From Fibrobacteria bacterium (GTDB lineage Bacteria > Fibrobacterota > Fibrobacteria > UBA11236 > JADFYW01), in the NCBI GenBank assembly GCA_050294405.1, contig JBNKOC010000023.1, positions 16,547-80,546 on the forward strand: DNA of 64,000 bases, written 5' to 3'. The notes below the pieces were generated by a model. The model was not told the DNA's origin and did no database searches. It saw only the letters and a list, made by a program, of their open reading frames with translations. Both the position numbers and the translations under genes were made by a program. Positions 56,964 through 64,000 of the stretch are shown in pieces (the stretch's first letter is position 1; each line of letters opens with the position of its first letter).

Positions 56964-59519
56964 ATGACCACTAAAGAAGCCAATCAAGAAAACGAATCCC
57001 TTCATATTCAGGAAATGTACCAGGATTATTTCCTGGATTACGCTTCCTATGTTATTACCGACAGAGCGGTCCCCTATGCCCGGGATGGTTTAAAACCTGT
57101 GCAACGGCGACTTCTGCACAGCTTGTTCGAAGTAAACGATGGCAGGTTCCACAAGGCAGCTAACATTATAGGCAACACCATGAAATACCATCCCCATGGA
57201 GATGCCGCCATTCGGGATGCCCTTGTTAACATTGCTCAAAAAGATTTAATGATAGAAACCCAGGGCAACTGGGGTGATCCTGTTACGGGAGATTCGGCGG
57301 CCGCCCCCAGGTATGTGGAATGTAAATTAAGCAAGTTTGCCCTGGAAGTGGGTTTTAACAAAGCCACCACGCAATGGCAAAAAACCTACGATGGCCGAAA
57401 TCGCGAGCCCATACATTTGCCTGTAAAATTTCCCTTGTTGTTAGCGCAAGGCACAGAGGGAATCGCCGTGGGCCTTTCCACCAAAATATTGCCCCACAAT
57501 TTTTGCGAATTGCTTCAGAGCTGCATAAAAATTTTAAAAAATAAGCCCTTTCGATTGGTTCCCGACTTTTTAACTGGCGGGACCATTGACGCTTCTGAGT
57601 ACAATCAGGGGAAATCTGGCGGCAAGGTTAAGGTAAGAGCCACCATCTTAAAAGGTGGCAACAAATCCCTGGTTATAAAGGAAATACCCTACGGCACCAC
57701 TACCAGCTCCCTAATGGAATCTATTGTCACAGCTAACGACAAAGGGAAAATTAAAATTAAGCGCATTGAAGACAATACCGCTAAAGATGTGGAAATTATC
57801 ATTACATTGCCTCCCGGCACCGATCAGGATAAAGCCATTGACGCTTTATATAAGTTCACAGAGTGCGAGTCCAGTATTTCTGTAAATTGCTGTGTTATTA
57901 AAGAAAAGCATCCTGCCTTTTTAAGCGTCAACGATTTACTGAAAGAAAATGTGAACGATACAGTGGATTTGCTGAAACTGGAATTGGAAATACGTAAAAA
58001 TGATTTGGAAGAAAAACTGCACTTCCGAACCCTTGAGCAAATATTTATTGAGGAACGCATATATCGCAAAATCGAAAATTGCGAGACCTGGGAAGCCATT
58101 ATAAAAACCATCCATGCGGGGTTAAAACCTTTTTCCAAAAAATTTATCCGCAAAGTCACCGATGAAGATGTGACCAAGTTAACCGAAATTCGAATTAAAC
58201 GAATTTCAAAATTTGATTCCAACAAAGCTAACGACGAAATTATTTCTCTCCAGAACGGCATTAAAGAAGTAAACAAAAATTTGAAAAACCTGGTGGAATA
58301 CTCCATACAGTATTTTGAACATATTTTGGAAAAATACGGAAAAAACAAAAAGCGTAAAACCAAAATAGAACAATTTGAAGAAATTTCAGCCTCAGATGTT
58401 ATTCTTTCCAATTTAAAAGTAGGTTACGACAAAGAAACCGGCTTTATCGGAACATCCGTACGCAGCGAAAATTTTGTAAGCAACTGCTCCGCTCTCGACG
58501 ATATTATTGTATTTACCGAAGACGGCAATATGGTAGTCACAAAGGTTGCAGACAAAACTTATGTAGGAAAAAACATAATGTACGCTGAAAAATTTGATAA
58601 AAACAATGAGGATATCATCTATAACATGATATACCGGGAAGGGCGCATGGGCCCTGTGTACATTAAACGTTTTGCTGTGGGCGGAGTTACCCGCGATAAA
58701 AATTACAACTTGTGTAAGGGCAAAGAGAATTCCAAGGTTTTCCATTTTTCTGTATCCGGAAAAATCACCACGGAAAAATTAGAAGTTAGATTGGTTCCCA
58801 AACCCCGCATCAAAAAAGAATTTAAGCTTTCTGTAAACGAATTTGAAATTAAGGGCCGAAACAGCGCCGGCAATATTGTGACCAAGCATTCTGTAAAAAA
58901 AATCGTTCCTATTAAAGGTTTTGAACCCTCCGCTCCAGGCGAAGGTTCCACCGCATCAGCTGGAGAAAGCAAAAGCAAACCTAAGAAAAAATCCGGGGAT
59001 ACTATCTACTGGGATAAAAAAAATCATTTAATTGGTTTTAAGGTTAAGGGAGAAGCCGCTTTTAATCTGGATAAGGGTGAACTTATCGTCATACTGTACG
59101 ATGATGGGTCATACATAACCTATTCCGGCCAGGATAGCCTTGAAGTAGGTGATGGCATCGTTTACATGGGAGTTTGGGATCACACTCAAATCTTTTGCGC
59201 CTTGTTTACCGATGGAAATACAGGCCATGTATTTGGAAAGCGATTCCAAATTGTGGCCAGCACCGATGAAAAGTACTATTTCTTCATTTCCGATTACGAA
59301 GACAGCAAACTCGAATTTTTAACGGATTCGCCTGAGGCGGAGTTGGAAATCACGGTGGGAAAAGCCGCTAAAAAGCAAAAGCAAAAGCAAAAGCAAAAAA
59401 TAAAAATGAATGAGGAAAATTTTCCCCTAAGCAAAACCAGCCAAATGGGAAACAAAATCAGCACTCAAAAAATTAGCCAGGTTAAGGTGTCAAAAGATAC
59501 CCAAATGAGTTTGTTGTAA
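56964..59519 (+). CDS. parC: DNA topoisomerase IV subunit A
   Basis: DGLKPVQRR, YHPHGD and AAPRY (catalytic Tyr). Divergent C-terminal domain with no obvious GyrA box. Confidence 0.88.
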   Translation: MTTKEANQENESLHIQEMYQDYFLDYASYVITDRAVPYARDGLKPVQRRLLHSLFEVNDGRFHKAANIIGNTMKYHPHGDAAIRDALVNIAQKDLMIETQGNWGDPVTGDSAAAPRYVECKLSKFALEVGFNKATTQWQKTYDGRNREPIHLPVKFPLLLAQGTEGIAVGLSTKILPHNFCELLQSCIKILKNKPFRLVPDFLTGGTIDASEYNQGKSGGKVKVRATILKGGNKSLVIKEIPYGTTTSSLMESIVTANDKGKIKIKRIEDNTAKDVEIIITLPPGTDQDKAIDALYKFTECESSISVNCCVIKEKHPAFLSVNDLLKENVNDTVDLLKLELEIRKNDLEEKLHFRTLEQIFIEERIYRKIENCETWEAIIKTIHAGLKPFSKKFIRKVTDEDVTKLTEIRIKRISKFDSNKANDEIISLQNGIKEVNKNLKNLVEYSIQYFEHILEKYGKNKKRKTKIEQFEEISASDVILSNLKVGYDKETGFIGTSVRSENFVSNCSALDDIIVFTEDGNMVVTKVADKTYVGKNIMYAEKFDKNNEDIIYNMIYREGRMGPVYIKRFAVGGVTRDKNYNLCKGKENSKVFHFSVSGKITTEKLEVRLVPKPRIKKEFKLSVNEFEIKGRNSAGNIVTKHSVKKIVPIKGFEPSAPGEGSTASAGESKSKPKKKSGDTIYWDKKNHLIGFKVKGEAAFNLDKGELIVILYDDGSYITYSGQDSLEVGDGIVYMGVWDHTQIFCALFTDGNTGHVFGKRFQIVASTDEKYYFFISDYEDSKLEFLTDSPEAELEITVGKAAKKQKQKQKQKIKMNEENFPLSKTSQMGNKISTQKISQVKVSKDTQMSLL
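59371..59398 (+). repeat. In-frame hexanucleotide repeat (AAAAGC)x4 encoding KQKQKQKQ in parC
   Basis: AAAAGCAAAAGCAAAAGCAAAAGCAAAA read directly from the sequence. Confidence 0.8.
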
Positions 59520-59527
59520 AAAAACAT

Positions 59528-59550
59528 CCACCCGCTAGGCGGGTGGTTTT
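59528..59550 (+). terminator. Terminator hairpin after parC
   Basis: CCACCCGC-TAG-GCGGGTGG-TTTT. Confidence 0.75.
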
Positions 59551-59562
59551 CTCGGATACAAT

Positions 59563-59586
59563 AAAAAAGGGGCCTAAGGCCCCTTT
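59563..59586 (-). terminator. Terminator hairpin after accC
   Basis: Minus strand reads AAAGGGGCC-TTA-GGCCCCTTTTTT. Confidence 0.8.
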
Positions 59587-59608
59587 AAAATTTCCCCTTG
59601 GTATTGAA

Positions 59609-60961
59609 TTAATCCGCAGCCATTAGCTCTGGGTGTTTTTCCAAAAAGCTAGTATCAAAAATTCCAGATTGAAACTCGGGATGTTTTAAAATCCTTCTCA
59701 AAAGAGGAATCGTAGTTTCTACCCCTTCAATAACAAACTCATCCAAAGCTCTAAGCATACGGGCTATGGCTTTGTTACGAGTCGGAGCATAAACAATTAA
59801 TTTAGCAATCATGCTGTCATAAAATGGCGGCACCACATAGCCGGAATAACAATGGGTGTCTACCCGAACCCCAATGCCACCTGGAATATTAAAATCTGTA
59901 ATCGTGCCGGGGCTGGGTTTGAAATCATTAAAAGGGTCTTCTGCATTAATACGTACTTCGATACTGTGGCCTTGAACAGAAATATCTTTTTGCTCAAATT
60001 CCAGTTTTTCTCCTGCTGCCACAATCAATTGCTGGCGAATTAAATCAACTCCTGTAACCATTTCGGTTACGGGATGCTCCACCTGAATACGAGTATTCAT
60101 TTCCATGAAGTAGAAATTTCCATCATCGTATAAAAATTCCATAGTGCCCGCATTGTGGTAACCCACAGCAGCCGCCCCTGCCGCAGCCAATTCACCCATT
60201 TTTTTACGGGTAGCAGCATCGATTACAGGACTTGGAGATTCTTCAATTAATTTTTGATGCCGTCTTTGAACCGTACAATCCCGCTCACCCAAGTGAATCA
60301 TATTTCCGTGTTTATCACCAATCAGCTGGACTTCAATATGCCGGGGGTTTGTAAAGAACTTTTCCAGATACAAATCCCCATTGCTAAAGCAGGCAATGGC
60401 TTCGGCACTGGCTATGGGAAAATTTCTTTCCAATTCTTTTTTGTTAAAGGCAAAGCGCATCCCTCTTCCACCGCCACCGGCAGCCGCTTTTACGATGACA
60501 GGGTATTTAATTTTATCAGCAATTTTTACAGCGGAAGCCAGATCGGGCAAAACGCCATCGGAACCGGGAATAGTGGGAACTTTAGCTCTTTGCATAGCTT
60601 CTTTAGCCTGACTTTTATGCCCCATTTGTTCGATACATGCTGGATCCGGACCAATAAACACAATTTTATTGTCTCTGCACATTTCCGCAAAGCGGGTGTT
60701 TTCCGCCAAAAACCCATAACCTGGATGCAACGCCTCTGCATTGGTCAATTCTGCCGCCGATAAAATCCGTTTGGGATCTAAGTACGATAATTTAGAGTTT
60801 CCCGGACCGATACATATATCTTCATCCGCATAATGCACATGTAAGCTATGCATATCCGCAGTGCTGTGAACAGCCACGGTTTTTATACCCATTTCTTTAC
60901 AAGTACGGATAATTCTCAAAGCAATTTCACCGCGATTTGCGATAATTATTTTTTTAAACAC
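59609..60961 (-). CDS. accC: Acetyl-CoA carboxylase biotin carboxylase
   Basis: [50 protein letters not shown] and RINAEDP. Confidence 0.97.
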   Translation of the reverse strand: MFKKIIIANRGEIALRIIRTCKEMGIKTVAVHSTADMHSLHVHYADEDICIGPGNSKLSYLDPKRILSAAELTNAEALHPGYGFLAENTRFAEMCRDNKIVFIGPDPACIEQMGHKSQAKEAMQRAKVPTIPGSDGVLPDLASAVKIADKIKYPVIVKAAAGGGGRGMRFAFNKKELERNFPIASAEAIACFSNGDLYLEKFFTNPRHIEVQLIGDKHGNMIHLGERDCTVQRRHQKLIEESPSPVIDAATRKKMGELAAAGAAAVGYHNAGTMEFLYDDGNFYFMEMNTRIQVEHPVTEMVTGVDLIRQQLIVAAGEKLEFEQKDISVQGHSIEVRINAEDPFNDFKPSPGTITDFNIPGGIGVRVDTHCYSGYVVPPFYDSMIAKLIVYAPTRNKAIARMLRALDEFVIEGVETTIPLLRRILKHPEFQSGIFDTSFLEKHPELMAAD

Positions 60962-62054
60962 CTAACCAACTCCTGTCTGATGACCCCTCAATACCTTTAA
61001 CCCGAAGTTCAAAATCTTCGGGGTTGGAAGCATATCGGGATGCAACTTCGTAATTAATTAATCCTTCTGAATATAATCTTAAAATGGATTGATCAAAGGT
61101 TTGAGACCCGTATTGATCGTAACCTTCTTCCATCGCTTTTTTTATGTCGCCTGTCTTTTCCGGATCCTGCAACAGTTCCTTTACATAGGCGGTATTTACC
61201 AAAATTTCCGTGGCGGGGACCCTTGATTTGCCGTCCGCCTGAGGAAGCAAACGCAGGCTGGCCACTGCAATTAAAGTACTGCTCAACAATAAACGAGCGC
61301 CCTGTTGCTGATGGGGCGGATAAAAAGACAACACCCTGTTAATGGACTCCACCGCGTTCATTGTATGCAGAGTGCTAAAAACCAAATGGCCCGTATCCGC
61401 TGCGGATAAAGCTATTTGCATGGTTTTCGCATCGCGTATTTCTCCAATGAGAATAACATCGGGATCCTGCCTCATGGCGGAACGAATAGCCTTATCATAG
61501 CTCAATGTATCTTGCCGAACTTCCCGCTGGGAAATCAGGCCTTTTTTATCGCTATGTAAGTATTCGATAGGATCTTCAATAGTAATAATATTGGAAAAAA
61601 TATTTTCATTAATATGGTTTATCATGCTGGCAAGGGCCGTGGATTTACCAGAACCTGTGGCGCCAGTCACTAATATCAACCCCCGCTGCTTTAAGGACAG
61701 GTCCTTAAGCACAATGGGCAATCGCAGGCTGTCAAAACTTGGAATATCCAGATTAACAAGCCGGACCGCCATGGCGGGAGTCCCTCTTTGTTTAAAAGCA
61801 TTTATTCTGAATCTGCCAATACCCTGGGCACTGTAGGCAAAATCAACATCATGTGCTTTTTCATATTCCTGATGCTGTTCCTCTGATGAAAGCTGTTTTA
61901 TGTAGCTATAAACATCATCTATGCTCAGATTTTCGGTTTTTAATCGAAACAATTGCCCGTTAATACGGTAAACAGGTGGCGAGCCGGAACGCAAATGCAT
62001 ATCCGAAGCCTCGCGTTTTACCATATCCGATAGCAATCGACTGATTTCAATCAT
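60954..62054 (-). CDS. pilT: Type IV pilus retraction ATPase, PilT/PilU family
   Basis: [48 protein letters not shown] and GSQTFDQ. Confidence 0.88.
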   Translation of the reverse strand: MIEISRLLSDMVKREASDMHLRSGSPPVYRINGQLFRLKTENLSIDDVYSYIKQLSSEEQHQEYEKAHDVDFAYSAQGIGRFRINAFKQRGTPAMAVRLVNLDIPSFDSLRLPIVLKDLSLKQRGLILVTGATGSGKSTALASMINHINENIFSNIITIEDPIEYLHSDKKGLISQREVRQDTLSYDKAIRSAMRQDPDVILIGEIRDAKTMQIALSAADTGHLVFSTLHTMNAVESINRVLSFYPPHQQQGARLLLSSTLIAVASLRLLPQADGKSRVPATEILVNTAYVKELLQDPEKTGDIKKAMEEGYDQYGSQTFDQSILRLYSEGLINYEVASRYASNPEDFELRVKGIEGSSDRSWLGV

Positions 62055-62092
62055 ATATATGCTTTTGTATTAGATAAAAAACCAAGCCCGAA

Positions 62093-62545
62093 TCAGGCAT
62101 TGGTATTTATGCGGAAAAGCACGGTTCCAAATTCCACTGGAGCGGTATTTTCCACACAGATTTCCTCTACAACCCCAGTTGCATCGCTTTCAATTTCATT
62201 CATGAGCTTCATGGCTTCAATTATGCAAAGCACCTGGCCTTTTTTAACCCTGTCACCCACCTTAACGTAAGGAGCTGCATCGGGGTTTGAGGCTTCATAA
62301 AAAGTCCCCACCATAGGTGATTTCATTTCATGGCCCTTAGATGCCGGAGCCGATTCTGCAGCAACTGCCGGGGCAGCAGGCGCAGAGGTAGCCGCAGGTT
62401 GTTGAATTATTTGCGGCGCAGCTATGGGAGCGGTCCCCCCTTGTTTAATAGTAAGCTGCGAATCCCCTTCATTCCAGGTTAACTCTGAAATAGTGGAACC
62501 TTGTATTAATTTTACAAGTTCTTCAACGGTAGATAATTTCATCAT
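62093..62545 (-). CDS. accB: Biotin carboxyl carrier protein
   Basis: SPMVGTFY and IIEAMKLMNEIE biotinylation motif, with an Ala/Pro linker. Confidence 0.97.
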   Translation of the reverse strand: MMKLSTVEELVKLIQGSTISELTWNEGDSQLTIKQGGTAPIAAPQIIQQPAATSAPAAPAVAAESAPASKGHEMKSPMVGTFYEASNPDAAPYVKVGDRVKKGQVLCIIEAMKLMNEIESDATGVVEEICVENTAPVEFGTVLFRINTNA

Positions 62546-62581
62546 GAAATTTCCTTTTCTAAATTCTAAACAATTTAAAAA

Positions 62582-64000
62582 TTATCTTCTTCTTCGCTTA
62601 ATTTTAACCCCTGGTCTTGGTCTTCTTCTTCGATCCAAATCCCGGGTGGGCGAGGGTGGCCCTGGTTCAGCGACTTGAGAGGCTGTGATTTCACTTATTC
62701 TTTGTTGAATTTGAACGTTATCTGGTTCTCTTTCCAGTAATTGCCGGTAAATTTCCAGAGCTTGTTCTTTAAGTCCTTGATTGAAATAAATTTCTGCCAG
62801 AGTGACAGTTTTAACGCTTGAAGTGGGCGATTCAGAGTCCTCTGGGGGATAGGAATCCTCAGTTCCATGAGTCATTTCTGAAATAGGTTCTGGGGCAGCT
62901 CTGTTTACAGGCAATTCAGCAGTTTGTGAGGGTTCAGGAGCTTCAGGTTCTTTCCGTAAAATCCCGGCAGCCCGGAGGTCGTCCTCACTTATAACTTGGG
63001 TGTCTCCGCCATCATAACTATCGTCCTCATCCTCCGAAGCCAAAAAACCTATAGGCTCCGAAACTTCTTCGCTTGAGCCCTCTTCTTCCTCGAACAACTT
63101 ATCAAAGGCGTTTTCAATATCTTCTTCTTCTAATCCTTCGCTTACAGCTTCAAATTCTTGTTCAGACTGCTCTTCTTGCTCTAAGATATCCTCTGGGCTT
63201 TCTTCACTTTCCAAGATTTGGACGAAGGCATTTTCTATATCTTCCTCTGTAGCCAACTCTGAATTTTCCGCTTCAGCCAACTCAAGCTCACCGGGAACCT
63301 CTTCTGAAGTAACTTCCTCAGAAACGGCTTCTTCTACATCGTCAAGCTCAGAAAGTTTCTCTATAGCGCTATCAATATCATCTTCGCCAGGTAATTCGCT
63401 CCGTTCTTCCCCGGCATCTTCAAAATCCGAGATTTCATCTATGGCATTGGCAACATCGTCCTCACTAGGTAACCCGGCTTCGTTGCCTTCAATGTCAGAT
63501 TCTTCCTCAGCTAAGTTGGGCACGCTTAATTCTTCAGTTTCGGCACCTTCTCCAACAGTTTCCCCGGGAGTTTCTATAGACAGGGTAACCGCTTCTTCTT
63601 CCTCTGATGCCTCTGAATCTGGCAACTCAAATTCGACTGAACCCTCTTCGGAGCTTATTTCCTCGGAAGCGAAATCTTCAACATCCTCTGTACCAGCTAA
63701 TTCATCTATAGCGCTACCAACATCGTCTTCATTGGGAATTTGGGCTTCAAGGTTTTCCTCAGTATTAGTATCAGTCTCCTCTGCTGCCTCCAAACCTGTG
63801 ATTTCATCTATGGCATTGGCAACATCGTCCTCACTAGGCAACTCAGCTTCACTGCCTTCAATGTCAGATTCTTCCTCAGCTAAGTTGGGCACGCTTAGTT
63901 CTTCAGTTTCGGCACCTTCTCCAACAGTTTCCCCGGGAGCTTCTATAGACAGGGTAACCGCTTCTTCTTCCTCTGATGCCTCTGAATCTGGCAACTCAAA
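62582..64000 (-). CDS. Highly acidic repeat protein with C-terminal TPR (FimV/HubP-like architecture), 5' partial
   Basis: Frame is open to the window edge. Glu/Asp-rich with internal repeats. C-terminal TVTLAEIYFNQGLKEQALEIYRQLLEREPDN TPR and an Arg-rich tail. Confidence 0.7.
   Translation of the reverse strand, partial: FELPDSEASEEEEAVTLSIEAPGETVGEGAETEELSVPNLAEEESDIEGSEAELPSEDDVANAIDEITGLEAAEETDTNTEENLEAQIPNEDDVGSAIDELAGTEDVEDFASEEISSEEGSVEFELPDSEASEEEEAVTLSIETPGETVGEGAETEELSVPNLAEEESDIEGNEAGLPSEDDVANAIDEISDFEDAGEERSELPGEDDIDSAIEKLSELDDVEEAVSEEVTSEEVPGELELAEAENSELATEEDIENAFVQILESEESPEDILEQEEQSEQEFEAVSEGLEEEDIENAFDKLFEEEEGSSEEVSEPIGFLASEDEDDSYDGGDTQVISEDDLRAAGILRKEPEAPEPSQTAELPVNRAAPEPISEMTHGTEDSYPPEDSESPTSSVKTVTLAEIYFNQGLKEQALEIYRQLLEREPDNVQIQQRISEITASQVAEPGPPSPTRDLDRRRRPRPGVKIKRRRR
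63431..64000. repeat. Near-identical direct repeat of about 200 bp with a 369-bp (123-codon) period
   Basis: 63431-63631 matches 63800-64000 with few substitutions (GATTTCATCTATGGCATTGGCAAC...TCTGGCAACTCAAA). Confidence 0.9.

Noticed and set aside
57824..58978. Long antisense ORFs (195, 110 and 91 aa) opposite parC, and similar shadows opposite pilN, recN, dnaX and accC
   Set aside because: They lie fully opposite well-supported genes and have Ser/Phe/Leu-rich composition typical of reverse-frame shadows.
55066..59519. Alternative call as gyrB/gyrA
   Set aside because: The short B subunit, divergent A-subunit C-terminus and lack of a recognisable GyrA box favour topoisomerase IV. Ala at the Ser83-equivalent position is not treated as acquired quinolone resistance.
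59528..59550. GC-rich palindrome considered as an IS200/IS605 end or REP element
   Set aside because: Single copy, no tnpA or tnpB nearby, and its position plus T tail fit a simple parC terminator.
63431..64000. Direct repeats considered as a CRISPR array or mobile-element ends
   Set aside because: The unit is long, in frame (369 bp) and coding. There is no short repeat-spacer pattern and no cas or transposase gene.

Overview
AT-rich bacterial chromosomal window made up mostly of housekeeping genes. Gene content and protein styles are compatible with an FCB-superphylum organism such as Fibrobacterota; this is an inference, not a verified assignment. In order it holds: partial lptD, fliN, a histidine kinase/HDOD operon, a PilZ protein, a pilMNOPQ type IV pilus operon, aspS, small coiled-coil lipoproteins, phoH, tRNA-Val and tRNA-Asp, a LysM protein, comEC, nnr, nadK, recN, a pgsA-like gene, an Omp85-like gene, RNase P RNA, hemL/D/C, a SufU-TusA fusion, ybaB, dnaX, hslO, a DEAD-box helicase, parE/parC, accC-pilT-accB and a partial acidic repeat/TPR protein. 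The most unusual block is 44.2-54.9 kb. It carries a stand-alone tssK-tssL-tssM operon with no tssJ, Hcp, VgrG, sheath or wedge genes anywhere in the window. Next to it are a PEGA/outer-membrane barrel protein, a transmembrane FHA-lytic transglycosylase fusion and a membrane Ser/Thr kinase with Ig and PEGA domains. This may be a phosphorylation-controlled, repurposed T6SS membrane complex. Other notable items are an A11 slippage site in dnaX, an expanded PilP, Lpp-like lipoproteins, pilT inserted between accB and accC, and a 369-bp-period repeat in the last gene. No CRISPR array, transposase, integrase or rRNA was seen. All product calls come from motif recognition by eye; no database searches were run.
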